A DNA stretch of 64,000 nt from assembly GCA_016206805.1 (NCBI GenBank), contig JACQQX010000016.1, positions 13,256-77,255 of the forward strand. Direction: 5' to 3'. Below the pieces are notes generated by a model. That model saw nothing but the letters and a program-made list of their open reading frames with translations, was not told the DNA's origin and did not search any database. This DNA comes from Candidatus Omnitrophota bacterium (GTDB lineage: Bacteria > Omnitrophota > Gorgyraeia > 2-02-FULL-51-18). This document shows, one piece after another, positions 47,663 to 58,203 of the stretch (the first letter of the stretch is position 1; the number at the start of each line of letters is the position of its first letter). Made by a program: the position numbers and the translations under genes.

Positions 47663-48521
47663 TTTTATTCGCGAAAGCTTCGGCGGTCGCGATGGCCGCG
47701 CAGTTGATGATATCCAGATTTCCCGCGTAACGCGGCAAATAATCGCCAAGCCCCTGAACTTTGACCATGATGACAATGCGGTTATTTTCATAAACAGGGC
47801 CGGCGAGAAGCCGGTAGCCCGGAACATAGGCTTGGATCTTGGCGACTATCGCTTTGACTTCGCGGTCAAGCGCCTCAAGATTCGGCTGTTTTACTTTTGC
47901 GAAAAGCGTGGTTTGCATGTCAATGCAAGGCACGGCGGGATTTTGAATCAGAATGGTTTTAGTTTTCGCGCAGCCTGAAAAAAATGCCAACGCGTCTTCG
48001 GTAGTTTCAACATATTCATCGATATTCAACCGTGTGGCGGGACCGGAGCTGCGAGAAGCGATGCTCGAAACCACTTCCACATAATCCACCTCATGCGTTC
48101 TACCCAAAGCGTGCGCCAGCGGGATCGAAGCCTGGCCGCCACAAGTGACCATGTTGACATTGCGCTGGTCCAAACATGGGTCAAGATTGATCGCCGGGAT
48201 GCACATGGTGCCGATTTTGGACGGCGTCATATCGATCACGATTTTTCCAAGGCTTTGTAGAACAGACCAATGATGGCGATGATCGATGGCGGATGTAGCG
48301 TCGAAGACCAGATCACAAGAGTCTGGCTCGCTGCGAATGGCTTCTATGCCCCGGTCCGAGATTTTTACCCCTAAGCTATTGGCTCGAGTCATGCCGGGCG
48401 AGGAAAGATTGCGGCCGATGAAAGCAGCGCATTCCAAGACCGGGGAACGCAGGGTCTTGATTAAAAGATCAGTGCCGATATTGCCGCTACCCAGAATCGC
48501 AACTTTGAGCTTTTTCATCAT
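47616..48521 (-). CDS. dmpF: Acetaldehyde dehydrogenase, acylating (DmpF/MhpF-like)
   Basis: ILGSGNIGTDL, FDATSA, NVNMVTCGGQA (catalytic Cys), GPATR.NIDEY, YAGNLDI. Confidence 0.93.
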   Translation of the reverse strand: MMKKLKVAILGSGNIGTDLLIKTLRSPVLECAAFIGRNLSSPGMTRANSLGVKISDRGIEAIRSEPDSCDLVFDATSAIDHRHHWSVLQSLGKIVIDMTPSKIGTMCIPAINLDPCLDQRNVNMVTCGGQASIPLAHALGRTHEVDYVEVVSSIASRSSGPATRLNIDEYVETTEDALAFFSGCAKTKTILIQNPAVPCIDMQTTLFAKVKQPNLEALDREVKAIVAKIQAYVPGYRLLAGPVYENNRIVIMVKVQGLGDYLPRYAGNLDIINCAAIATAEAFANKNEKKDTDQRSHAPRR

Positions 48522-50338
48522 TCCACCTTGATTTGCGCTGATTTTGGATGAAGGCCAATCAACATATTATCTTTAAGCTCTTGTCTGGGCAATAGCGGCG
48601 ACAGATCTTCCAGCGGAGGCGAAACAAGCGTCCCATCCGCCTGGGGAGCCAGCGAGAGCTTGGGCACAAAAGGCTGCTCCGGATGCATGAACACTTCGCA
48701 AATCAGAGGTCCTTTTTCTTTTTGAATTCCCGGAATCACACGCTCAAAATCCGGCCACGTGCGGATTTGAAAAGCCGTCATGTCGAATGCCTTGGCTAAT
48801 TTAGTAAAGTCGGGACATGAAATGCCGGATTTTTGGTCCGTCCCGGCATAATGACCTTTAAAAAGGGCTTTCTGCGTGTGCTTGATCATCAAATAACCAT
48901 CATTATTGAAAATAATGATTTTGATAGGAAGCTTATGATGAGCGATGGTTTGCAGCTCCTGCAAATTCATCATCATCCCGCCGTCGCAGTTCAGACAAAG
49001 CACTTCGCTTTTATTTTTGGCAAAGGACGCTCCGATAGCGCCGGGCAGACCAAAACCCATTTCCCCCAGCCCTGTCGAAGTAATGAGGCGCTGCCCCTCT
49101 TTTATCTTGAGCGCCTGATGCCCGGACAAAAGCGCGGTCCCCATATCCGTGACGACGATTTGATCCGGTTTCAAATGATTCGACAGCTTGTCCATGAAGG
49201 GGTAGGAATTTAAAAACCCGTTCTCATCGCGATGTTCCGACCCGACCCAGGGATATTTTGTTCGATAGCGGTTGCACGTTTTGATCCATTCATCAAAAAC
49301 TGGCGGCGAACGCTTACTCGCCTGATCCAGCAGCGAATCCAGAAATACATCCGCGGAAGCGCAAATCGGCAGATCCACCCGATTGCCCAGTTTCCGGGTT
49401 TCGGACTCCTCCACATCCACCATCACTATTTTGGCGGCGCGGGCAAACTCACTTAAGTCATAGCCTACTTGAGGAATGGCCAGGCGCGTGCCGATAGTCA
49501 AAAGAAAATCGCAATTCTGCAAAATAAAATTGGCCGATCGCTGCCCATAAACACCGGCACGCCCAAACACCAACGGATGGCCTGAGTCCACGATATCGAT
49601 ACCCGCCCAAGACACCAGCGTCGGCACACGCAAATTTTCTAAAAGCGTTTTAACTCGCGAAACAGCGTTGGCATGGCGGATACCAATCCCGAGCCAAAGC
49701 AACGGGCGTTTGGCTTGAGATAAAAGATCCAGCGTCTGACGGACCTGCTCCTCCAAATCGGTATTTTGGGAAGGCGAGGACGAGACTTTCCACTGTTCAT
49801 AATCTTTTTCTTCGACGGCCATAGACTGGATATTCATGGGAATATCAATCCAACAAGGACCGGGGCGGCCGGAACGCGCGATCGCATAAGCTTTTTCCAG
49901 CTCCGCGTCCACCTGCCGAGGATCCATAACACGATGGGCGTATTTGGTGACCTTGCGCACCATTTCCACGCTGTCATAGCCCTGGACGCCCCAAACGCGC
50001 AACGGATTTTCCGGTGTCGTGTATTTGGAGTTTTCATTTCCTGAAATGATAAGGCCCGGCATCGAATCCATCCAGGCGCCGACGACGCCCGTGACTCCGT
50101 TGGAGGAACCGCCGCCCGTGGTCAGAATAGCGGCCGTGACTTTGCCTGAAATACGGTAATAAGACTGCATCGCCATCGTCGCGGCCTGTTCATGATGGAC
50201 GCAAATGATTTCTGTGAAACCCAACCGCGCGATCGAATCAAAAATATGGGCATTGCCCGCGCCCACGATGCCGAATACGTGGCGGATGCCATGTCTTTTT
50301 AAAAACTTAGCGATGCGGTCGCTTGCCTTAACACTCAT
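48518..50338 (-). CDS. ThDP-dependent carboligase (acetolactate-synthase fold, YerE-like branched-sugar synthase)
   Basis: HHEQAA (catalytic Glu), GRPGP.WIDIP, TDMG, GEMGFGLPGA, CDGG.MMNLQE..NNDGY ThDP motif; adjacent to rfbH. Confidence 0.88.
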   Translation of the reverse strand: MSVKASDRIAKFLKRHGIRHVFGIVGAGNAHIFDSIARLGFTEIICVHHEQAATMAMQSYYRISGKVTAAILTTGGGSSNGVTGVVGAWMDSMPGLIISGNENSKYTTPENPLRVWGVQGYDSVEMVRKVTKYAHRVMDPRQVDAELEKAYAIARSGRPGPCWIDIPMNIQSMAVEEKDYEQWKVSSSPSQNTDLEEQVRQTLDLLSQAKRPLLWLGIGIRHANAVSRVKTLLENLRVPTLVSWAGIDIVDSGHPLVFGRAGVYGQRSANFILQNCDFLLTIGTRLAIPQVGYDLSEFARAAKIVMVDVEESETRKLGNRVDLPICASADVFLDSLLDQASKRSPPVFDEWIKTCNRYRTKYPWVGSEHRDENGFLNSYPFMDKLSNHLKPDQIVVTDMGTALLSGHQALKIKEGQRLITSTGLGEMGFGLPGAIGASFAKNKSEVLCLNCDGGMMMNLQELQTIAHHKLPIKIIIFNNDGYLMIKHTQKALFKGHYAGTDQKSGISCPDFTKLAKAFDMTAFQIRTWPDFERVIPGIQKEKGPLICEVFMHPEQPFVPKLSLAPQADGTLVSPPLEDLSPLLPRQELKDNMLIGLHPKSAQIKVE

Positions 50339-51252
50339 GGTCTATGCCAATCCACTGTTTTTCGCACAGCCTCTTCCAAATTAACCGTTTGTTTAAGATT
50401 GAATTGATTTTGCGCGACCCCGATATCCGGCAAATAACGCTTCCCGCCCATGCCCGTCATATTTTGATTTTCCATTTCAATCTTGGGCCGCGGATTGAAT
50501 GCGCCAGCCACCGCCCGCGCGGCCTCAAAAATCGTAGTTGGCTGAGCGGAGCCCACATCCACCGCCTGCCCCGTCTTCGCTTTCAAAAGCACCGTCCAAA
50601 GCCATGCCGCCATATCGGAAGCATACAAATAAGAACGCACCGGCGTTCCATCCCCCTTCACTCGGATCGGACCGCCACTCAACGCGTCGGCGATAAAATT
50701 GCCTATCGCGTAATGCGCATCCAGCGGCAATCGCGGTCCGACAAAGGAAAAGCACCGCGCGATTTTCGCTTGAACGCCTTTGGCGGACGCGTCCTGACAC
50801 ATCCACTCGGCTTCTTTTTTGGCTTCAGCGTAAAGCGAGAGCGGCCCATACACAGCGCCCGAACTCAAAAAAAGAAATCGGACGTTCTCCTGCAGGGCCG
50901 CAAACTCCAAAACCTGGCGGGTTCCCTCAACCATCGTATCCGCCTGATCCGGTTGAGCGGCCGCGTGAATCACATGCGAAAAGCGGCCCTGGGGAAATTT
51001 AAAATCACGCACATCGCCCACAATCCACTCAACAACACTGGAAGAAACTTTCCCGGGGCCTCGTGTCAAACAAACCGCGTGAGCGCCCAAATGCATCGCA
51101 TGGTTGGCATGCAAAAAACTTTCCAGAAGCCATGAGCCGATAAAACCGCCGGCGCCCGTAAAAAAAACTGTTTTACCGCGAAGCTCATCCCACAAATCCT
51201 TCGTCGAATCTAAAACCGCGTCCAGGTCTTTAACGGGCAGAGACAAACTCAT
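50335..51252 (-). CDS. NAD-dependent epimerase/dehydratase-family protein (loop-shortened paralogue of 45564-46649)
   Basis: [31 protein letters not shown]. Confidence 0.82.
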   Translation of the reverse strand: MSLSLPVKDLDAVLDSTKDLWDELRGKTVFFTGAGGFIGSWLLESFLHANHAMHLGAHAVCLTRGPGKVSSSVVEWIVGDVRDFKFPQGRFSHVIHAAAQPDQADTMVEGTRQVLEFAALQENVRFLFLSSGAVYGPLSLYAEAKKEAEWMCQDASAKGVQAKIARCFSFVGPRLPLDAHYAIGNFIADALSGGPIRVKGDGTPVRSYLYASDMAAWLWTVLLKAKTGQAVDVGSAQPTTIFEAARAVAGAFNPRPKIEMENQNMTGMGGKRYLPDIGVAQNQFNLKQTVNLEEAVRKTVDWHRP

Positions 51253-52546
51253 GGAAAGAACCGATAATAAAATCCAGCATGGGCCGGGTGAGTCCCGGAT
51301 AAACACCTATCCAGAACGACCGGTTCATCACAAAGTCGGACCGGTTCAAATCACTGGCTTGACGGTAACGGACATCCGCGTACGCGGGCTGTTTGGTGAG
51401 GTTTCCCCCAAAAACAAGACGGGCGTGAATGGCGTTTTTTTCCAAATGGGCGATGATTTCATTGCGTGAAAAAGGAGCTTTTTCTCGGACAGAAATAGGA
51501 AAACCAAACCAACTGGGCTCACTGCCGGCAGTGGCTTCCGGCAAAATAAAAAAATCTTCCAGGTCCTTCAGGCCCTGGTAAAGGATTTTGAAATTCTCTT
51601 TCCTTTTTTCGACAAAAGACGGAAGTTTTTTGAGTTGGGAAACGCCCACCGCGGCCTGCATGTCGGTGGCTTTCAAGTTATAGCCCACATGGGAATACGT
51701 GTACTTATGATCGAAACCCTTCGGAAGCTGCCCCAACTGCCAGTTAAAACGCCTGCCGCAGGTATTGTCCTTGCCCGGATCGCACCAACAGTCCCTGCCC
51801 CAATCCCGGAAAGACTCGACGATCACTTTAAGTTTCCCGTCCGATGTGAGCACAGCGCCCCCCTCTCCCATCGTGATGTGATGCGCCGGATAAAAACTCG
51901 TTGTCGCCAGATCCCCAAAAGACCCGACTTTTTTTCCTTTATAAAGCGACCCTACCGCGTCACAACAGTCTTCAATCAGCCAAAAGCCGTAACGCTTGGC
52001 AAAATCCGTCACCGCGTCCAAATCAAACGGATTGCCCAGCGTATGCGAAACGATAATGGCCCGCGTGCGCGGCGAAAGCGCGGCGTCTAACCACGAAGGA
52101 TCCAGGTTATAAGTCGGCAAGGAAATATCGATAAAAACCGGCACAAGATTATTTTGGATGATGGGATTGACTGTCGTTGGAAAGCCGGCGGCGACGGTGA
52201 TCACTTCGTCACCCGGCTTAACCTGCCGGGCGCCAAGCTTGGGCGAAGTGATCGCGGAAACAGCCAAAAGATTGGCCGAAGAACCGGAATTGGTCAAAAG
52301 CGCATGACGCACCCCGATAAAATCCGCAAATTCTTTTTCGAATTGTTTGGCAAACCGGCCCGTCGTCAGCCAAAAATCCAGTGACGCGTCGACCAATGAA
52401 TTTAAATCTTCGGAATCAAATACCTTCCCGGAAGCGGGAATCGGGGTTTTGCCGGGAACAAAAGACGGCGGGGAAAAAGAAAGCGCGTGATACTTTTCCA
52501 CCAGCCCAAAAATTTCCTTACGCAGCTGAGCGCCGGGCAAGGTCAT
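51230..52546 (-). CDS. rfbH: CDP-4-keto-6-deoxyglucose 3-dehydrase E1 (RfbH/DdhC)
   Basis: [34 protein letters not shown] (His in place of PLP Lys), [13 protein letters not shown] Fe-S ligands. Confidence 0.95.
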   Translation of the reverse strand: MTLPGAQLRKEIFGLVEKYHALSFSPPSFVPGKTPIPASGKVFDSEDLNSLVDASLDFWLTTGRFAKQFEKEFADFIGVRHALLTNSGSSANLLAVSAITSPKLGARQVKPGDEVITVAAGFPTTVNPIIQNNLVPVFIDISLPTYNLDPSWLDAALSPRTRAIIVSHTLGNPFDLDAVTDFAKRYGFWLIEDCCDAVGSLYKGKKVGSFGDLATTSFYPAHHITMGEGGAVLTSDGKLKVIVESFRDWGRDCWCDPGKDNTCGRRFNWQLGQLPKGFDHKYTYSHVGYNLKATDMQAAVGVSQLKKLPSFVEKRKENFKILYQGLKDLEDFFILPEATAGSEPSWFGFPISVREKAPFSRNEIIAHLEKNAIHARLVFGGNLTKQPAYADVRYRQASDLNRSDFVMNRSFWIGVYPGLTRPMLDFIIGSFHEFVSAR

Positions 52547-53529
52547 GAATTAAAAAAATCGCGGTACCAGCCGATGGTGCGCTCAAGACCCGCGTCCAAC
52601 GTGAAAAGCGGCGCCCACCCGAGGATTTTCCTGGCTTTGGCCGCGCTCAAATACTGGTGACGGATTTCATGTTTGGCCTCATTGCGGATATCCGGCTTGA
52701 GCTTCGAATCCATCAGCTTCAAGATACGCTCGACAATTTCCCGGACGGTGGTCTGCTCTTCATTGGAAAAATTAAACGCATGCCCCCTAAGGTCGGGATT
52801 TTTGGCCAGGCGCTCGGCCAACAGCATGTAAGCCGCCGCGCCGTCTTCAATATAAAAATAATCACGGATGAACTTTCCATCAGAACGGATCACAGGCCTT
52901 TCTCCGCGCAACACCGAGCGAACGGACCCTGGCACGATCCGATTCCAGTTCAAGTCCCCGCCGCCATAAAAATTCCCGCAGCGCGTAATCACAACGGGCA
53001 AATCAAAAGTTTCCGCGTAGGACTGCGCGAGAATATCCGTGCAAGCTTTGCTGGCATCGTACGGATGGCGGCCGCCAAGCGGCGTTTCCTCACTGTAGGG
53101 CAATTTTTTCTGCTCGCCATAAGCTTTGTCGGAGGAAGCCACGATCACCTGTTTCACGCGTGGGCTGCGACGGCAGGCTTCAAAGAGGCTCCAGGTGCCG
53201 CCGATATTGGTTTCAAAGGTGGAAACAGGGTTGGCGCTGGCAATACCCACGATGGTCTGAGCGGCCAGATGAAAAACCGTTTCGATTTCATATTCTCCGA
53301 GCACGCGCTCCAAAACCGCCTGATCTCTCACGTCTCCGCGCACAATGGTTGTTTTGTCATTCAGCTTGTCGCGGACAAAAAGACTTTGAGGAACCCAATC
53401 CCTGACCAGAGACACCACATCAGCGCCTTCTTCCACTAAACGCTTGGTCAGCCATCCGCCCGCAAGTCCGGTAGCGCCAGTGATCAAAGTCCGCCGGTCA
53501 CGCCAAAATCCGCTCGGTTTCAATTCCAT
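52543..53529 (-). CDS. rfbG: CDP-glucose 4,6-dehydratase (RfbG/DdhB-like)
   Basis: [35 protein letters not shown]; GGAGGA RBS; lies between rfbF and rfbH. Confidence 0.85.
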   Translation of the reverse strand: MELKPSGFWRDRRTLITGATGLAGGWLTKRLVEEGADVVSLVRDWVPQSLFVRDKLNDKTTIVRGDVRDQAVLERVLGEYEIETVFHLAAQTIVGIASANPVSTFETNIGGTWSLFEACRRSPRVKQVIVASSDKAYGEQKKLPYSEETPLGGRHPYDASKACTDILAQSYAETFDLPVVITRCGNFYGGGDLNWNRIVPGSVRSVLRGERPVIRSDGKFIRDYFYIEDGAAAYMLLAERLAKNPDLRGHAFNFSNEEQTTVREIVERILKLMDSKLKPDIRNEAKHEIRHQYLSAAKARKILGWAPLFTLDAGLERTIGWYRDFFNS

Positions 53530-54320
53530 ATCCTCCAAGGCGCTTTTCCGCCCGTCCAAAGCTCATTCAGATAATTGTATTCGCGGTAAGTGTCCATCGC
53601 GTAAAAGAACCCTTCATGCCGATAGGCCATCAACTCCCCCTCACGCGCCAGACGCTCCAGTGGGTCGCGCTCCAAAACACAATCGTCCCCGCCCAGATAT
53701 TTGAAAAAATTCTTATTGAACACCATAAAACCGGCGCTGGCCCAGCCATCCAGCTGCGGCTTTTCGGCAAAGTGTTTAATCCGGCCCTTGCTATCCAGAT
53801 CAACTACTCCAAAACGGGAGACAGGCTTCACGATAGTCACCGTCGCCATTTTTCCATGCGAACGGTGAAACCGAACCAGGTCCTGCACATCCACATCCGA
53901 TACCCCATCCCCATAAGTCACGATAAAAAGATCCGTATCGATATAAGGCTCGCTGCGCTTCACTCTCCCACCCGTCATGGTTTCAAGCCCCGTCTCCACC
54001 AACGTTACCCGGAAATCCTGCTCGGGATGGGCATCGTGATAGGTCACGCGGCTTTGGCGGCCCAGAGAAATTGTAAAATTATTGTTCATGGCCTCGTAAT
54101 TTAAGAAATATTCTTTAATCATATTGCCGCGATAACCCAGGCAAAGCACAAAATCATCTAACCCAAAGTGGGCAAAAGACTTCATGATATGCCACAAAAT
54201 AGGTTTTCCGCCTATTTCAACCAGCGGTTTGGGGCGATATTCGGTTTCTTCCCGCATGCGGGTTCCCTGTCCCCCGCAGAGGATCAGAACCTTGGAGCGA
54301 TTTTTAACTTTTTTAGGCAT
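53520..54320 (-). CDS. rfbF: Glucose-1-phosphate cytidylyltransferase
   Basis: [41 protein letters not shown]. Confidence 0.95.
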   Translation of the reverse strand: MPKKVKNRSKVLILCGGQGTRMREETEYRPKPLVEIGGKPILWHIMKSFAHFGLDDFVLCLGYRGNMIKEYFLNYEAMNNNFTISLGRQSRVTYHDAHPEQDFRVTLVETGLETMTGGRVKRSEPYIDTDLFIVTYGDGVSDVDVQDLVRFHRSHGKMATVTIVKPVSRFGVVDLDSKGRIKHFAEKPQLDGWASAGFMVFNKNFFKYLGGDDCVLERDPLERLAREGELMAYRHEGFFYAMDTYREYNYLNELWTGGKAPWRIWN

Positions 54321-54335
54321 AAGAGTTGAATTTTA

Positions 54336-55949
54336 TCATAGTTTTTCCCTTAAATCATAGACAAAAACCGAGTGCCCAAGGACATGCGTGGGCCTAGCCC
54401 CGCGAGTCCATTCGAACCCCTCTAGGAAATGGGCGCCAAGCGCGTAAACTGTCTTTTTGGGATTATTAAACTCATCGGGTGTGGCGGAACGGCTAGGAAT
54501 GCCATAATAGGCCGGATCGGCAGATTGATGAAAAGCCAGGACCACTTCCGGGTATTTTTCTTTCTGAACCAGTTCACCCAATAGCTTCATGTCCTGCCCC
54601 CAATCCAGATTAGAGTCCCGAAGCACTTTATAACCATTTTGCGGACCGCCGGCCAGCTGATTGAAATAAGCCAGATGATGAGGAAAGATCCGCAAAGCCT
54701 CAGCCGCATGCCAAACCATGAAAACCACAACCACCGCCTTAAAAAACGCTTTCTTTTTCCATAAATAAGCGCTCACCCCTCCGCCCAAAATAAAAATCAG
54801 CGGGTAAATCGGCAGAAAATAACGAATACCGGCCTGAGCCTTATCCCGGAAAGTGACTAAAAAGAAAAATAGGATGGGGAGAATAAGAATAACTTTGCCA
54901 AGCTTGTCCAAGCCCAACCGCGAAAGAAAAGCCAGGGAAAGAATAAACAGCAAAAGAAGCGGAATGGTATTTTTCACCGCGAAAGCGACTGGATAATAAT
55001 ACCACCATCCCTGCCTTGACCATTCTCCCATCAAAAAAGCACGGGTTCCTTCACCGCGCGTATGCGTCATACCCGCCACCGCCGAAAAAAAGGTCGCCAG
55101 CGGAACGGGCGTCTTCCGCGCAAACTCTACCATGGACTCGCCACCCAACTCCCTGACAAATTCTGTTTTGGCTTCCACGTGGGTGACATGCGACAAAACC
55201 GGCTTCATTTCAAAAAAATAACCGGCCCAAACGGTGAACAAACACACCGATGAAAAAATAATGATGTTTCGGATGGAAAAAAACCGGCCGCGTCCCGTGA
55301 TAATCCCGGCAACCAAAAAAATCGGGAAAAGCAGGATCGCGCTAAATTTGGACAGAAGCGCCAAGCCCGTCAAAACTCCCGTTCGGTAAACCCCCGGAAG
55401 GCCAGGCGTTCGCAGCCACGACGCAAAACTCATCAAAGCCAGAAAAAAGAAAAACGCCACGGCCAGGTCCGCGGTCGCCAGTCCCGAATGGGCCACGATA
55501 TCCGGACAAAAAACATATAACGCTAGGCTCGCCACAGCCGCCCATTCCCCGAAAAATATTTTCGCGAAATAAAAAACAGCCCAGGCGAAAAAAAGCGACA
55601 GGAGGACTATCGGCATACGGGACCAAAAAAGAAAATGCTCCATCCCTTGATTGGAGCGGTAAAAAAGATCCTGCGCGAAAGCGGGACTATCGGCCGCCTC
55701 CCAAGCGGGGCCGGTCGGGAAATTTAATTTCATTATCACCAGCGGCAACGACGATAAAAGCCGCGGGAGAGGTGGCGAAGCCGGGTTCATCCGGAAATCC
55801 CGCCTCATCCAATACGAGTAACCGCTGGAAACGTGATGCGTCAGCTCATCCGCGGTCGGAGACTTGAATCGCATGGCAAAAACCGTTTGCAGAAAAAGAA
55901 CCGTCAGGAGCCCAATGACGGTGAGTCGAATAGACCATTTCGCTTTCAT
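54336..55949 (-). CDS. ArnT/PMT_2-family GT-C glycosyltransferase
   Basis: SPTADE..H, NPASPPL, HSGLATAD, SKFS, GIRYFLP, YFN..AGG, DSNLDWGQD. Confidence 0.82.
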   Translation of the reverse strand: MKAKWSIRLTVIGLLTVLFLQTVFAMRFKSPTADELTHHVSSGYSYWMRRDFRMNPASPPLPRLLSSLPLVIMKLNFPTGPAWEAADSPAFAQDLFYRSNQGMEHFLFWSRMPIVLLSLFFAWAVFYFAKIFFGEWAAVASLALYVFCPDIVAHSGLATADLAVAFFFFLALMSFASWLRTPGLPGVYRTGVLTGLALLSKFSAILLFPIFLVAGIITGRGRFFSIRNIIIFSSVCLFTVWAGYFFEMKPVLSHVTHVEAKTEFVRELGGESMVEFARKTPVPLATFFSAVAGMTHTRGEGTRAFLMGEWSRQGWWYYYPVAFAVKNTIPLLLLFILSLAFLSRLGLDKLGKVILILPILFFFLVTFRDKAQAGIRYFLPIYPLIFILGGGVSAYLWKKKAFFKAVVVVFMVWHAAEALRIFPHHLAYFNQLAGGPQNGYKVLRDSNLDWGQDMKLLGELVQKEKYPEVVLAFHQSADPAYYGIPSRSATPDEFNNPKKTVYALGAHFLEGFEWTRGARPTHVLGHSVFVYDLREKL

Positions 55950-57427
55950 GGATTCCCCGCCTCATTCAGCCGGAATATCAGATACCGCTCCGCTTCCCGA
56001 TGTACCGAAAAATGCGTCCGCAGATAATCCTCAAAACCTTTTTCCGCTACGGCCAGGTTTTGCCGCGTCGTGACAAAATAATCCGCTCCTTTTTTCCTCA
56101 TTTCCTCCAACTGCGGGATGGATTTTTCGAGCGGGTGCGAAATCGTAATGCTCCATCCTTTCCGGTGGCAATAATAAAGAAGCGAGTGAGTGGACCCATA
56201 GGAGCTGACGATCAGCGAATCAGGCGCCGTCGTTTTCCGGACTTCCTCTCCCGCCTCAATCACATGAAGATGTTCCTTCGGAATAAAATAAAGCCCCCGA
56301 TAATAATAATAAAGTGTGGCAACCGTCATCAGCGTCATAATCCCCAGAACTATCGGCTTAAGCGCCCATTGACGTGTTTTCGGATCATCCAAAACCCGCT
56401 TGGTTCCCACACCCACAAAAACAGCGCACACCGGAAGCATGGCCAACAGATAATAATGATTCATGATGAAAATCGGCCATACCGCGGCCAAGAAAAGAAC
56501 GATGCCAAAAAACCAGACATAAAAAATCAGGCTTTCCTTTTCCGGTTTCCGGTTTAAAAAACCCAGCAGAAAAAGAATTGAGGCAACGGGTGTGAGCACG
56601 TGAATGAAAAATATTTTGAAAATCGTCACAAAGTGTCCGAGGGACAAAAGATATCCCCAGCTCAAAGGTACGACTCCCCGGTCATAGGCCAGTGTCCGGT
56701 AATTCTGGTTCATGGTAAGGGACAGCTCGTACATATTCCAGTACCAAAAAAGCGATAGGGCCGCCACCGCCAGATAAAAATAATATTTTGGGTCACGAAA
56801 AATACTCTTCCCTTGGGCGTTCCAAGCCATCACAAAAATAACCGGAAGCAAATAAAGCGTGTAAGGTTTGGTCCACAGCGCCAGCATCAAAAAAATGAGC
56901 GAGATGAAAAAATGCTTCAGGCCTCGCGTCCGACAGTACTCATAAAAAAAATAAAGGCAGGAAGCGCTGGCCAGCAACATAAACATGTCCGGCTGCACCG
57001 AACGGCTGAAGGCCACGCTAATGGGAGAAAACGCCAGAAAACATAAAGCCGCATTGGCCGCGACAATACCGTAGATCCGCTTCACGAACAAAAACATCAC
57101 CAGCATGAAAAGAAGGGAAAATAGAACCGAAACCATGCGACCGGCCCATTCCCGCACTCCGCCTGCCGCCTTGTAACTCAAAGCGATCAGATACGGCACT
57201 ACCGGCACTTCGGCGGTTTCATAATAAGGGCCTGGACCGTTCAGATCGATCTCGGGATAAAAAAAGTTGAAACCATGTTCGTAAAAATTCCGCGCGATCG
57301 TAGCGGTAGTCATCTGACGGCTGACGCTATTGTAAGGTTCCATGTAAGGCAGATCCAGATGATAGAAACGCACGGCCACCGCGGCAAAAATAATCAGCCA
57401 GAACGCGGCCTTTGCCTTACCCTTCAC
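55946..57427 (-). CDS. ArnT/PMT_2-family GT-C glycosyltransferase
   Basis: RQMTTATIARNFY, YPEID, E.P, SRSVQPD, HYYLL; GTG start with GGAGGT RBS. Confidence 0.8.
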   Translation of the reverse strand: MKGKAKAAFWLIIFAAVAVRFYHLDLPYMEPYNSVSRQMTTATIARNFYEHGFNFFYPEIDLNGPGPYYETAEVPVVPYLIALSYKAAGGVREWAGRMVSVLFSLLFMLVMFLFVKRIYGIVAANAALCFLAFSPISVAFSRSVQPDMFMLLASASCLYFFYEYCRTRGLKHFFISLIFLMLALWTKPYTLYLLPVIFVMAWNAQGKSIFRDPKYYFYLAVAALSLFWYWNMYELSLTMNQNYRTLAYDRGVVPLSWGYLLSLGHFVTIFKIFFIHVLTPVASILFLLGFLNRKPEKESLIFYVWFFGIVLFLAAVWPIFIMNHYYLLAMLPVCAVFVGVGTKRVLDDPKTRQWALKPIVLGIMTLMTVATLYYYYRGLYFIPKEHLHVIEAGEEVRKTTAPDSLIVSSYGSTHSLLYYCHRKGWSITISHPLEKSIPQLEEMRKKGADYFVTTRQNLAVAEKGFEDYLRTHFSVHREAERYLIFRLNEAGNP

Positions 57428-57456
57428 TTGACACCTCCCCGGCTCACTTGTAAAAT
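57428..57456 (+). promoter_or_regulatory. Consensus sigma70 promoter for the 57463 gene (probably leaderless mRNA)
   Basis: TTGACA(57428-57433)-N17-TAAAAT(57451-57456)-6 nt-ATG(57463); no Shine-Dalgarno. Confidence 0.75.
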
Positions 57457-57462
57457 CCTCGA

Positions 57463-58203
57463 ATGCCATCCATAGCCGTCATACCCACTTACAATGAAAA
57501 ACAAAATATCGAAGAATTAATTTCTCAAATCCTGGAAACCGATCCCAACATTCACATCCTCATCGTCGACGACAAGTCTCCTGACGGCACGGATCAACTC
57601 GTCCGGGAAGCCGCCAAACGCTCCGCGCGCGTGCACCTTCTGTCCCGGGAGGGAAAACGGGGACGCGGCCTGGCCGGCATCACTGGGTTTCAATACGCCG
57701 TGCGCGAAGGATTCGATCCCATCCTGGAGATGGATGCTGACTTTTCGCACGACCCCAAAGAAATCCCCCACTTTTTGGAAGCGATCCGTTCCAGCGACGT
57801 AGTCATCGGATCGCGGTTTGTCGCCGGCGGCGGAGAGTCAGGAAGAGGCATGCACCGCCGCCTGCTATCACGGGCGGCCAACAAATTCACACGCACCGTT
57901 CTAGGCCTGGCCATCAAAGACTGCACATCCGGTTTCCGCTGCTTTCGCAGACGAGTCTTGGAGTCGCTTCCACTTCAGGATATGTTCTCTGAAGGACCCT
58001 CGATCATCGCCGAAGTCCTATGCGCCTGCAAAGCGCGCGGCTACTCCATCCGCGAAATACCGATTTGGTTTAAAAATAGAGGCCGCGGGAAATCGAAATT
58101 AAATGCCTGGAAAGTACTGATCGTCCTTTGGAATGTCGTGCGGGTTTCCCTCCACCCGCAACCGACCGTTCACGCGCGCGCCAGCGGATCGATTTCAAAA
58201 TAG
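57463..58203 (+). CDS. Polyprenol monophosphomannose synthase-like GT2 (DPM1/Ppm1)
   Basis: VIPTYNE, VDDKSPDGT, EMDADFSHDP, IGSRF, DCTSGFR, R..GKSK. Confidence 0.92.
   Translation: MPSIAVIPTYNEKQNIEELISQILETDPNIHILIVDDKSPDGTDQLVREAAKRSARVHLLSREGKRGRGLAGITGFQYAVREGFDPILEMDADFSHDPKEIPHFLEAIRSSDVVIGSRFVAGGGESGRGMHRRLLSRAANKFTRTVLGLAIKDCTSGFRCFRRRVLESLPLQDMFSEGPSIIAEVLCACKARGYSIREIPIWFKNRGRGKSKLNAWKVLIVLWNVVRVSLHPQPTVHARASGSISK

Noticed and set aside
46640-47707. 355-aa plus-strand ORF
   Set aside because: Antisense shadow of the dmpG-like aldolase
46646-50338. Aromatic meta-cleavage pathway or branched-chain amino acid synthesis
   Set aside because: No dioxygenase/hydratase and no ilvN/ilvC; the genes overlap CDP-sugar genes
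50344-53439. Plus-strand ORFs of 263 aa (50344-51135) and 260 aa (52657-53439)
   Set aside because: Each lies entirely opposite a well-supported SDR gene and has no family motifs
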